Source: Euprymna scolopes
Taxonomy: Eukaryota
Length of the DNA: 64,000 bases
Reading direction: 5' to 3' (one strand)
Assembly: GCA_053919585.1 (NCBI GenBank)
Contig: CM132806.1
Shown: positions 37,986 to 50,395 of the stretch, piece by piece
Position numbering within the stretch: the stretch's first letter is position 1
How the letters are laid out: each line of letters starts with the position of its first letter
The notes under the pieces: model-generated
What the model was told of the DNA's origin: nothing
Seen by the model: only the letters and a program-made list of their open reading frames with translations
The model's database searches: none
Translations under genes and position numbers: made by a program

Positions 37986-39454
37986 GACACTTAAAAATTG
38001 GGATGGGGGGGGTCGTGAATTTAAAAAAAAAAACGTTTGTCTAAAATATTATATTCGATTTATTGGAAAGAACATAAAATTTCACACTGACCCTGAAAAT
38101 ATCGTAAAAATAGAATCAATAGAAAAATTTTGATAGATTTTTAAAGTTTAAAGATTGAAAAATATTGAGTTCGGAAAATTCATTACTGTTTTAAAAAAAA
38201 AATATTTCTATTACTTTTAAAACAACTGTAATAGTTTATTTTGGAAGTATAATCCATAAAGAAAATAAATAACCCACTTTTAACAGAGAAATTCCGAGAT
38301 TTTTATATTGTATTCGCAGTTTCGTGTTAGGTGTGTAAAAAATTCCTACAAAAATTCTGATACCGCTATCGCTGTATTCTTCCACTTCAGAATGATTCCG
38401 GTTCACAATGTAATCCTTTACCCATATAAAAGTCAGATGTAATTCAAGATTGAATACTACTGCCACATCTGGTGAAAGTCACTTAGAACACCTTTTCCTA
38501 CGTCGACAGATCAATGACACAATCTAATCAGAGATAATCTCTTCTCGTTCTTTCGCCAACTTTATCACAGAAAAAAAGGTTGTTAGACTGTCTCTAATCT
38601 AACGTTATTTCTATGGATGATGCTCGACTGAGCTTCAATCTCTGACCGCCCTCGGTGAAAAATTGACATTCAAAGTTAACAATCGTATTCAACCACGAAA
38701 GCCCCCACAAAGGGCTTTATTTTCTTCCTAGCTATGCCTGACATCAAACGGTATTTCCATGAAAAGATTGTCTTTCAAAAACCTCCCATCTGTGGAACAC
38801 TTTTCCACGGAACAACAACATGAATGTCTACAAATACAGTGTCAACTTATGTTTGTCATAAACTCTCCACATGATTAATTAAATTTCAAAAGCACTCCCC
38901 TGTGGGGTCCAGTAGAAGTTCTAAAAAGTGCCTTGCGATTGCTTGTTTTTAATCCAATCACATGGCACATAGCAAACGATTTCTTCAGTAAAATTTTGAT
39001 GTATAGCTGCTTAGAGAAGCTACCATCACTAGTCTTATTGGATTCTCTCACAATTCAGATTATTTTAATCTAGACTAAATAAGTGAGAACATTTTAGAAT
39101 TAAAGGAAATGATTAAAGTTGCAATATATTTCTAAAATACATTACTTTGATAAAATAAAAAAATTCATGTTTTATGGAGTATCATGTATGCATGAATATT
39201 GATAATAGAAATGGAAACTAAAAAAAATAATTAAATTTTAAAATGAAAAATCCCAAACACGTGCCACTAAGTGTACTGCATCTCATACCTTGCCGGACAT
39301 TTTCTATCTCAACTGGAGGCTCGCTGAATACTGAAAAAAAATATGCGAAAGGAAAAAAAAAAAGGTTTGCCCTAAAGAAGATATTTTTATATATCAAAAC
39401 TCTTAGAATATTAGAATAATCAATGCTTTGTTATTTTCAAAAAACATCATTTTA

Positions 39455-40638
39455 CGAGGTGCCTTCAATAAGTTTCCAGAATTTTAGTATGAACACTTTA
39501 ATTGATAGTACACACATGAAACTCTAGTCCTTTTGAAGTAATCTCCTCCGGCTGCTATACACTTGTTGTGCCGTTACAACAACTTCTGGAAGGTCCCCAT
39601 GGCTCTCCTCTTGTGACGCTCGTTACAGCCTCTTTCATCACTTACGTTGTCTCATAACGACAAGCTCTAAGGTTTTCCATTAGCTTAGGGAATAACCAAA
39701 AGTCATAAAGTGCAGGGTCTCGACTATAGGGATCTGAATTTATCACAGCTCGACCATTTTCCTGCTGTCAGGGCAACATGTTTCTTTCTAATCTTTTCTG
39801 GGCACCCTTCGCATAAACTTCCTACAAATCATCCACACCTTGATTTCCTCGCGAATAATTGTGTGAACAGTTCTCACACTGACATCAAACTGTGCACTTA
39901 TTGTCTCAATAGACAATCGACGTACGGCATAATCACGTTGACACACCGGTTCTCGTCAGATCATCGAAGTTAAGCAACGTTGAGCCTGGCTAGTACCAGA
40001 TGGGTGACCATTTGGGAATTCTAGGCGTTATTCTTGTGTGCTTTCCGGTAATCTCGGCATTGTTTCCAGTCGTCCTGACCCTCCACTTGCCACTGGTATT
40101 CAACAATGTCGATTCAGGAGAGGTGTGGTTGGAGATTGCACAGCTCTTACCACAAAGAAATTTCACGCGCAGGAACCCCTACCATGGGTATCCATAGTCT
40201 GTCAAGACGAAAGGAAGCCTTTTTATAGACACACAACACCCCTTATCTATGAATGTTTTTATTTGGCCAGTCAACTCTAATTTTCTGACCTCCTTACTCC
40301 TCCCAAACCTCTTAGCATCCTTCATAGATTCCCTGTCTTCCTTGAATCTCTTATGCCACTCACAAAATGATGCTCGATTCATGCAATATGGTGCAAAAGC
40401 AGTCTAAATTATTCCTATGTTTCTGTGGCCTTTTGGCAAGTTTAAAACATATTTTTTATTACATATCGTTTTTCTATAGTGTCCTCAAATTTAGATTGCC
40501 TATTTGGAATTAATCAAAAGTGATAATCAGACTTTAGCATGGCGTATTCCAATTCCTTCTGTAACTGTTCATTTGAAACTGAAATCAGAAAAAAATGGGT
40601 CAGTAATCCAATAAGATGTATAACAATAACATACTGAA
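39455..40638 (-). mobile_element. Mariner-like deleted element, interrupted by a 5S-SINE, right end lost
   Basis: TA|cgaggtgccttcaataagtttccaga TIR. Minus ORF MNRASFCEWHKRFKEDRESMKD..R.GR is a mariner HTH region. Colinear with 49503-50395. Confidence 0.85.
39916..40224 (+). mobile_element. 5S rRNA-derived SINE (SINE3-type), apparently full length
   Basis: 5S-like head at 39922-40030 with box A-like aagttaagc and box C-like gatgggtgacc. Non-5S body and a T-run end. 7-bp TSD atagaca (39909-39915 / 40225-40231). Confidence 0.85.
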
Positions 40639-41289
40639 TAAAATAAATACGTATTAAATACGTTTGAAGCAAAAACAACACATTATTACAAAATAAATAG
40701 ATATTTATTTTGTTTGAAATTTATATTGAAATTTATAAATATATTTCGAAGATACACTTCATCATCAGTATTATATTTTTTCTTTATTTTACCATGTTGT
40801 TGTTAGAGCATAGAATCAGTAGAAGTCCGTTTGTTGTTTTTACGGTAGTAATTCAAATGTAAGAACGGCGCGTTGGTCACGCGGAATTCACGTTAGGGTT
40901 TGTGTTACTTGAATAGAAGCGCTGGTTGAGTCCACTACAAGTTTAAATGGTTGTATGAAAATCTTTGGAAACTTACTGAATGCATCTTGTAACATTTTAT
41001 TTCTATTATAAATAGATTTTTTAAATTCTCTATTTTTTCGTAATAATTTTTTATATGATAATGTATTCTGAATTTGAATTTTAATATAAATCGTTTAATA
41101 TTTGATTCAATACTAAACAGTTACTATCTTAGTTATTTTATTGGCACAATATAATTTAGTGGGTCATAAACATAAAAAAAAAACATTCTTCAGGGAATCT
41201 ATGACGATGACCTGTGACGTAGTATTATTTGACACATTATTTGGCGTTAGCATATTCGATGTTTGTACATATTTCACTTTTCGTTAACA

Positions 41290-41735
41290 CGCCACGCAAC
41301 CTTTTTCTCGTAGGAGAGACTTTGCGAGTCTGTCTCTTCTCTATCTTTATTTACATAGCAAGTACTCGTCTGAGCTTCAATCCATGATACCCCCACTTTC
41401 ATAAAACCACTCCTCTAGCTACAATCACTAGCAACAGTTCCCACAGTCTATCTCTGTCTAAATCCAACCGCAAATCTCATAAACAAAACTTATTTCCTAG
41501 AATAGCTCATCAATAAAACCCGGTTCTGGTGGCATACTTTAAATCTGACTGCACCATCGGCGTCTTCAGGTCCAATGTAAATAAGCTTTTGATGTCTTGC
41601 CACTTAAATAATCAAATTCTACATAACTTGCACCACTATCACTAAGTATCGATCACTAAGCCGTTGTTTTAGTGACCACTTTACATCCATTAACCTTTAT
41701 TCTCAAGTGGCCTTCGGGCCTTGATAAGGTGAGTC
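41290..41735 (+). mobile_element. Decayed 3' end of the CR1/L2-group LINE (similar fragments at ~15140-15290 and ~38440-38640)
   Basis: gcaacct.t.tctc..aggagagac.ttgcgag and the 3' UTR motif taacctt.attctcaagtggcc.tcgggccttgataag. Confidence 0.65.
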
Positions 41736-41891
41736 GTTCGTAAACATATGCACTGATTTAGCAACAACATTAAAAAAAAACGTCTTTCAATTGAACTGTT
41801 ATGATAACATCTACAAATATTAGATTGTTAACGAGAATTTACACCCAGTCATTCCAAATTATTAATGTGCTATTATTACTTTTTTTTTCAG

Positions 41892-42049
41892 GTATATTGC
41901 ATCATGCGCAAGAATCTAGGAATAACTGTTTTCGAAACGAAGTTTGCAATGTGGATTAGAACCGGAACACACCAAGTAAAATACAACACTGACCTTGCCA
42001 CCATAAAAAGTGTGATAAAGAACTCTGATTTTTGCTATCAACATATGTC
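41892..42049 (+). CDS. Coding exon 8: fibrinogen-like domain 1 continued (VYCIMRKNLGITVFETKFAMWIRTGTHQVKYNTDLATIKSVIKNSDFCYQHMS)
   Basis: ttttcag acceptor and gtaagt donor, phase 0-2. VYCxM and S.FC.Q motifs. Confidence 0.92.
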
Positions 42050-42199
42050 GTAAGTGCACATTTTATTATTTACCAAAGCAGATTTTTCGTTTTGTTTTTT
42101 TCAACGAGGAATTTTGATTAATTATCTTATTGCGTCCTCAGTCATCCATGTTTTAATGTTTCATCGTGGAAACAACAGTTTGCTCTAATCTCAACAAGA

Positions 42200-43340
42200 T
42201 AATGACAGAAAAAAAACATTAAACGATTCATCTGTTTTATTTACCTTGGCTCAGAGATCATGCGTAGATCCCAAAAGATAAAAAAGATATGCCCGATTTA
42301 GACTAGAATCGTTAAAGCAAGTTGACATTACAGTACCGTACAGAATCGGTAATCGCTCCAGATAGATTGAATCAGCTTCCTCTGAAGAAAAAAGTTTCAT
42401 GGAAATATCAAATTTACAAGCAGCTTCCAGTCGCTTGTATACTCGGGTTAGAGGAGATGACAACGTTAGGTTTTTGCAGTTCTTCGACGTCAACCTACAT
42501 ACAGCGGTTTGTATTATCTCGTACTGAACAAGCTTAAGTTGCAAAATCTACAATCGTTTTTTTTACTTAGTATTTCGATATTTTCTAAACGCACCAATTC
42601 TTATAAAATTATTTTCTAGGTATAAAAAGTACTTGTTGTCTTATTGGTCGACGAATTTGCCCTGGATTATTATTTCATTGGAAGTTTTCTTTAATTTTGT
42701 ACACATTCCCAAACCTTCAGAAAAGAAAAGAAGATCGTTGAGAATGTCGGATTTAAGGTATCTCTTTAAATATTCTGTATTAATAATGGCTGCATTCAAG
42801 TTGTTACTATATGTATCAAATGACTTCATCCGACCTGTATCGAATCGATTTCGAGATCGATCTATGACGAACGCTTTAATTGATTTTTTTCATAAATGAT
42901 TGATTAACTTAGCAGAAACCTAAGAATGGTAGCCTGAACAGTTAACTCTCCGGGCATTTTAAAAAGTAATTAACATTATTTTGCCAATTTTATTCCACTT
43001 TATTTATTATTATCAATATCCCGTGTCTAGTTGCAATTTAACATTTGTATTGTTCAGTTCTATGTTTAACAAATTTTCTTTTTATATTTGTAAATGGGTT
43101 GTATTTTTCTTTCCATAATTAACCGTTCAATTGCTGATATCTTCACTTTCTACAATGTGAGAACGTATGGCACTTACTCCCCAAATTATGACAATCTTTA
43201 TTTCTAAACTGACAATTTTTATATTCACATAAGTGCATTTTGCCGCATTCATAGCAAGGACAATTTCCAACGGAAAACCTTTTAATTTGTTACTTTTTGT
43301 GTTCGGCAAAATGAAGAGACGAGGCAATATCATATTGTAA
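42200..43340 (-). mobile_element. Decayed Gypsy (Mag/K02A2.6-like) gag-protease-RT fragment
   Basis: Minus strand shows a double zinc knuckle CYECGKMH...CQFRNKDCHN.GSK.H..SHCR, protease VKLQLDTG, then FSEGLGMCTK and an RT start. Confidence 0.72.
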
Positions 43341-44838
43341 ATTTATTATACACTAACATAGCTACCGGAAATTTCCCGGGGCAAGTGTGTAACATAAATT
43401 CTATTCCCATCCCCCTCTCTCTCTCTCTTCTATCCTCCCCCATCTTCACCCATCCACTCTTTCTTATTAGTCCAGCCCATTCCACTCTCTGGACATACAC
43501 ATAACTAGAGTTGGCGCAAGGGAAATAATTATGTTAAAAATATCAAAGTAACTTCCCTTTAAATGATAACAGTAAAAGTTGTGTGTACATATTGGTAATA
43601 TTAAATGATGTAAATGACCATTATACTTCCAAAGAATCATATTTTTCAAATTTTGAACATTTTTGTATGGTATTATGCCCACTAAAACAGTACTAAAATT
43701 TTAAGAGTTTGCTGTGTTTTAGCTAGACACATAAATAGTCAAAGGCCATTTATATGAAAAATTGGCATTTTCCTGTACTATTTTGCAATGTTAGTTTCGA
43801 ATTTTTTCCAGGTTTGCTAGTAGACGTGAACTTATTACAGTGCTGTTGGAGTCCAAAATTTATACAAAAATAATATACTTGAACAAATCTGGTGTGAGTT
43901 TGGCGAGTTGAAATGTTCCGCATTTTTATTGACAATCCTTGTGAAAGTAGTACAATTGTTGAATATGTTTTATAAATTAAAAATCAACTCCATTTACACA
44001 AAATCCTTGTTAGCAAAAATAGTTTCTAAACCAAAATATATCCTGGATTGTTTGGTAGCACGCAATGTAAATATTGATTCTATTCAATATGTCCAAGTTT
44101 TCTCTGAAGCTAAGATAATTTAGTTTTTCAACTTTGTATCTACGTCTGTAGATATTGTGCAACCGTATTGATTAATACAACATTTCCAATCTGTTATATC
44201 GCTATTCGTAGTAGAATGCATAAAGAATTAATCTGAAGACAATGCTATCAACAACTATAACTTCTATTGTCTTCATAAAACGTATATACTTACTTCCCAC
44301 CACAGGAAATGTGGATGAAGGTCAGAAAGGGGAAATGGTCGGCCAGCGTACAAGAAGTAGTACACTGTGACCTACAAAATGCTTCAGCAACTCTCTCGCA
44401 TTACCTGGTAAAGACGCCTCTGGCGATTGTCGGTAGAACAAACTTTTTCTACAAAGAGAGAAGAGAAGTCTATAAGGGCGGAACCTGATAAGACAACAAG
44501 AAAAAGATACATCCGACCGACAAAGTAAAACCAGAAAGTGCTACGACTGTGAGACTGATTGCCGAGGACGTGACCTCGACATAATAGCTGAATAGGGAAT
44601 TCCTGTTATTATAAAAACAAAACATTTATTTTCCTCCCAGACGTATATACGTTTTATGTACAGAATCAAAGATATAGTTGGCGATAGTTTTGTCTTCATC
44701 CTTTGTTGAATATCATCTCTTTCTTACTGTCTCGACTGTCTTCCTTTATATAGTAGCATATTTATTTCTAAAATGACTTTAAAGATTGTAAATGTTGAAA
44801 ATCACTGGTCTAGATTAAAGAAACGAGATAAAATGTTC

Positions 44839-47800
44839 AGTACATCCAAGTTTGGAATACTGATGCCACATCTGGACAGGGGCTGCTAAAAACAGCCTAT
44901 CCTGCCTTGACAGAGTACAAAATAGACTTCATGACTTAGTGGAGGGATGCCCTTTTTTCTTTCATGCAACATCTCTCCTACAGAAGAGACGTTGCAAGCC
45001 TGTCTTTGTTTTATTGTTATTTCCATGGCAAGTGCTCGTCTGAGCTCCAATCTCTGCCCCCCCTCGCCAATCTTTCACGATAAACACCCGTCTAGTTGAA
45101 ACCACTGTCAATAACATCGGTCAACAAAAAGAAACTTTTTAAAAGGTGTCTGATATTTTTTAACTGATTTGCTATATTTTTGCCATGCTAAATCTAGAAA
45201 TAACATCCATTTTGCTCTCGGAGGTCAAATTTTTTTGTAAATTTGAATTTAAAATTATTCGACTTATATTTAAAAAAAAATGTTTTCAAGATTTGCTAAT
45301 GATGTTTCAATGGCAAAATGTCAGTTTTTATGATAAAATTGCTGTATTCTAACAAAGAATCATGTACACTTCATATATAGTACATATAACTAAAAATGAA
45401 AACTTAATGTTTGATTATTACGGTCTAAACTTTCGTTGTTTTTGATTGTCTTGAATGTTTTGGTGCTTGCACACCTCTTTTTAAATTCCAACAGTAGTCC
45501 GCCATCATCACCCTGTCCCACCTTCCCTGGTAGCCTGATTCCATTTCTCTCAAGTCCTGGTGAAAGCACTCTCCATGCTCATCGCTTAAAGAGCCAAGAT
45601 TTTCGGGAAAGCGGTCCATGTGCGAGTACAGGTAGTGCATTTTTATGCTCATATTGCAGCCAAGGTTCCTAAAGCCCACTAACATGTTTGCTACTACATC
45701 TTTATAGTTCTCTGCTTTTGTGTTGCCTAGGAAATTCATCACGACCTGAACAAAGCAATTCCACGCTTGTTGCTCAACAGGATTTATGGTCTCCTCAAAC
45801 GCGGGAGAGTTTTTGATCGGCTGCCTAATTTGAGGACCATAAAAATACCAGCTTTTAATTTTTCAGTTGACAAATTGAGGAAGGTTTTACACAGAAACTG
45901 AAAACACCGTCCATCTTTATCCAGGGCTTTTGTGAATTGCTTCATCAAACTGAGCTTTATGTGCAGTGGAGGAAATAAAATACGTCCCCTGTCAACTAGA
46001 GGCTTGTTTATCAGATTTTTTGCTCTACAAATTGCAAGCTCTTCACGTACTGGCCATTCTTTTTTCACGTAATGTTGAGTACGATCCCTACTATACCAGA
46101 GGCATAAAAAGCATGGGTATTTAGTGAATCCAGACTGTTGACCAAGCAAGAAATTGACCATTTTTAAGTCAACGCAAATCAGCCAATTATGTTGGTCATA
46201 AGAAATTTTTTCTAGGACGTACTTAATTGCTTCATGCTATTCTTTTAATGTTGTCAAATGTGCCAATGGCACAGATGCAAATTGATTTCCATTGTGTAAT
46301 TTCAAACACCTTTTGCTGCTGTCGATAAAAAGTCGCCAGTCCTCTGATTTGTATTCAGGTACGCCGAGATGTTTCAGTAGCTCTTCTATGTCATTGCAAT
46401 AGACTAATTCTTTTTCTTGAGCAAAATATCTTAAAAATTCCTGGTGCCTGGTACGAAAGAAACTTACCTTAACTTTACCATTTAGCATGTTCTTGTCCTT
46501 TAAACTAGATGCAAGTAGTTCGGCAGAGTCTTTTGGCAAATTTAAATCGCAAACAAGATCGTTTAGTTCGTTTTGGGAAAACAATTTTGGCTGCTCATCA
46601 TTGTCATCGGGAAAGGATGCATCATGATGATCATCGGTAGTGGTAATGCTTTGAGTTTCATGCTGGCTACTGCTGCTTTCTTCAATACTTGTATCTTCAA
46701 ATACAGGTACAGGAATTTCTTCACTATGAGGAGTAGAGCGCATAGCTGACGGCAGGTTGGGATACTCTAGTGTTGTGCGATTTTTTTCTGTTAATCCCAA
46801 TGACATTGATAGCACAAAAGTAGCAATCGGTTTCATGATTTGAAGGCTCTCGCCAAATCATGGGGATGCCAAAGTTCATGGACTTTCGCGTGCCTTTGCT
46901 CCATTGACGGAAATACTCTGTGCATCTTTTGCAAACCATGTGAGGTGCCCAACGTTTGTCTTGATCGTCGAGCTTCATGCCAAAATATGCATAGTAAACG
47001 CGTTTGATAAAGGTGGTGACAGTATTGCGATTTGGTGCAAGTGTGTATTCACCACAAACATAGCAAAAAACATCTGGCTTATTTACACACATTCTTCGAG
47101 TCGCCATTGTATACCTGAAAAAATTAAATTTGTGTACGTTGTCTCCATGAAATTTAAAGTCTGTATCAAAAAAAATCGGCACAATTATATCTATGTCCTG
47201 GAACACAATAATGAAATAATTTGACTCTTAAACACACAGAACCAATACGTAAGACTTACATCCTCGTCTGCTTTCATATGTTGGTGTGTTTTAATAACAA
47301 GTTTTACCATTGAATTCCCTTATCTTATCTTTAAATATCGCATAATAATCGCAAAACTTAGACTCCCTAATTAAAATGTAATCAAAAATTGTTTATTCAA
47401 ATGCTTTCTTCTTTGTATTTCTAGTGCTAAAAAATTTAAATTTGTTCATGTAATAGAATTTTAAACGGTAAACGGTTAATACTTCTGTTGTACCTTTCTG
47501 GGGTATTTAAAAGTTAAAAAATAGAAAATTAACGATAGCTTAAAATGTCGACCTGACCCAGCAAAAAGAGTGTTATTTTTGGATTCAGCACATCCAAAAT
47601 TGTCCAAAATCAGCTTACAAAACTGAGACACCAAATTTGCTGTTGACCAGTGTAATTTTCCCCACTCTTTATCTGTGCCTTAATCAAAGCGTAGATTCCA
47701 TGAGCAAAGCTCCTTTCTTAGAAGTAAACGACTGTAGAACGCTCTTCCGTTTGCCTGTTTCTCACCTTACTACAACTTGGATGTCTTCAAGTCCAACATA

Positions 47801-47949
47801 AACAAATTCCCGATGAACCTCCCCCTTAAGTATGACACTATCAAATTTCCAATACTAACGGTTACTACGATACTATTTCATTAACAATAACCCTTATCCC
47901 CGAGTGGTTTTCGGGCCTTGATAAATGGTGACCTCCATGTAAAAAAAAA
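44839..47949 (+). mobile_element. 5'-truncated CR1/L2-group LINE copy (44839-45114 plus 47653-47949) split by the Chapaev insertion
   Basis: The two halves rejoin to the family sequence ccactgtcaa.aa.tttccccac. Ends in poly(A) at 47941-47949. Confidence 0.9.
45115..47652 (-). mobile_element. Chapaev3-type (CMC superfamily) DNA transposon, full length, transposase frameshifted
   Basis: TAA TSD on both sides. Termini catcggtcaaca / tgttgaccagtg. Transposase ~47107-45425: FCYVCGEY, DQDKRWAPHMVC..C, WREPSNH..DCYFC, WRLFIDSSK, GFTKYPCFLC, LHIKL, SDEHGE.FHQD. Confidence 0.9.
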
Positions 47950-48156
47950 TCTTTACTAGCATTAAATATTCTTTAGCGTTGTTGTATTGTAGACATCAGT
48001 AAAGACAAATTTATTATTTTTTATATTTATCTTTATTTTCTACTATTTATACAAACTCAGGAAATATTTAATCACGAAGACTCAGCAAAAGGAATAAAAT
48101 AAAACACTGTTCTATCTTTTACTTTCCTTTTTAATATTTGTTTTCTTTTTCTCAAG

Positions 48157-48259
48157 ATTCAAAAGCGACTCATCGCAATTGTTCAATGGAAACACATACT
48201 GGACAGATGGAACCGGAAGGAAGCAATTCAACTGGGGCGGAAGTAATGACACTGGCACG
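48157..48259 (+). CDS. Coding exon 9: fibrinogen-like domain 1 continued (FKSDSSQLFNGNTYWTDGTGRKQFNWGGSNDTGT)
   Basis: ttttctcaag acceptor, phase-2 entry, W...WGG motif. The weak donor gtcggt gives the phase 0 that exon 10 requires. Confidence 0.88.
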
Positions 48260-49292
48260 GTCGGTATCAAACAATATATTAACGGTGCATATATTAAATA
48301 TTCACATCAATATAGCTGTCTATTGGTATATGTATACATTACATAAACACGCATCATTTCTTCAAACACACCCAATGAAACATCTATAGTCTTCGATCCA
48401 AATTTGTGGTTGCTACTCTACAGACCAATTTGCAGACAAATGTATCATTAGAAAATGTAAAAACATTAACGTTACACTCCTCACACAAGCTGGTATTTAA
48501 ACCTACGCTTGCAGCACATACAGTAATTATTACATCGCGACACCCAACTAAAGTATATACGAGCATAAAAGAGTTCATTGATTTCATTTGTTAATTTGAT
48601 TTGTAAAAGACCTCCACAATAAAGCATATACGCAACTCTCACCGTAGATTGATTATCGAATATGCTTTTACCAATGACTACAGAAAATTTACTTTTTAAA
48701 ATGATCTACATTCGAATCAAACATATATGATATCTCTAAATTTTGATATCTGTTGCACTTCCGCTATTATTCTATTCGGGCTCAGCTTTAATGAAAATCG
48801 ATTCATACAATGGGTGAACATTTGATGTAGGGAGCGCAGAATAACGAGAGATGCTCATCCTAAATACATGAGATGCTTATTGAACCTAGTCTTTCGAATA
48901 TTAATAATGTAGGTATGAAAAACAAAAAACAGCCAATAGAAAGACAGTGCTATAAGATTGCAGTTGTTGGTAAAAAAAAGCCGCTGAAATAGGAAGCTGT
49001 ATTACGATGGGGCATAAAAAACCGCTAATTTGTGGAGACCACTAGACGAACAAGTTAAGCTGATAAAAATAAAACGGTGAGCAAATACAACTATTCCGAG
49101 CAACGTATGTTATAAGAGCATTTAAAAAATACTGAGATTAGCAACATCACATCAGTGTGTGAAAAGTTACAGATAAGAAAAAAGGTCATGCTACTCAAAT
49201 TACAGATATGGTTTTGTATGCGCATATCTTTGCTCAGCCTTTATTTTCTCACCTTATTATTACTCTCTCTCTCTTTTTATTACTTCCTTCAG

Positions 49293-49482
49293 TGTTTATG
49301 CGGGGTCATCGGATATTGCTCTGACCCCACAAAACTTTGCAACAATGACGGTTCAGCTGGTTCCAAAACAGATTCAGGTAAAATCATCGACAAATACTTG
49401 TTACCGATCCAAGCAATCACAGTAAATGGCAAACAATCTCACGTCAAATTCGGTGATGTGATGTGCAGTTCAAAACCTTTCG
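49293..49482 (+). CDS. Coding exon 10: end of fibrinogen-like domain 1 (CLCGVIGYCSDPTKLCNNDGSAGSKTDSGKIIDKYLLPIQAITVNGKQSHVKFGDVMCSSKPF)
   Basis: ccttcag acceptor and gtaagt donor, phase 0-1. Caspr pattern CxCG...C.DP..CN.D...D.G...K..LP...G...C. Confidence 0.93.
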
Positions 49483-49502
49483 GTAAGTTTTTATTTTTTA
49501 TA

Positions 49503-50395
49503 TGCGATGCCTTCAATAAGTTTTCAGCACTTTTATTGATAGTACACGCATGAAACTCTAGTCCCCCTTCGAAGTAATCTCCTTCGGATGCAATGTACTT
49601 GTTATACCGTTCAAACAACTGCTGGAAGCCCTCATGAAAGTATCGTCACAGTCTCTTTCATCTCCCCACTCGTCTCATAACGACAGTCTCTAAAGTTTTC
49701 CTTGAACTTAGGAATCACCAAAACTAACAGTGAGCAAGTCTGGACTATAGAAAAGGAGATGAATTGCCATTTTGCCTATGGAGGTCCAAATACTCTAATC
49801 TTCTTTGAGCACCATTGGGACAAACTCTGCGCAAATCTTCCGCATTTTTAGTTCCTCGTGAATAATTGCGTGTTCAGTTCCTACACTGACACTTAACTGC
49901 ACTTATTTTCTTTTCAGACACATAACGATCCTTATCCATGAAATTCGTTATTTGGCCAATCAATTCTGAGATTCTCACTTCCTTACTCCGCCCACACCTC
50001 TCATCATCGCTCACAGACTCCCTGTCTTCATTGAATCTCTTATGCCACTCAAAAACGGATGCTCGGTTCATGCAAGATCTCCCAAAGAAGTCTGACTCAT
50101 TCCATACGTTTCTGCGGCATTTCCCCAATTTTTAAATAGAATTTTACTGCATATCATTATTCTTAAGTGTCCTCACGTGCACATTGCATTTTTGAAATCC
50201 ACAAGTTACAACAATCAGGCTTTAGTAGGGTTTAATTTTAATTTTAGCTGTCGTTATACATTTGAATCTGAAATCATAAAACTTGATCAGTCATCTCATA
50301 AGATATATAGTAATAATATACTGAATTTTCAAGAGTCTATGACAATTTTAAATGCCTGTATCAAAAAAGTCTGGAAACTTATTGAATGTACCTCA
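49503..50395 (-). mobile_element. Mariner-like deleted element with both TIRs
   Basis: TA|tgcgatgccttcaataagttt ... aaacttattgaatgtacctca|TA. Minus ORF CMNRASVFEWHKRF.EDRESVSDDERCGR. Confidence 0.88.
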
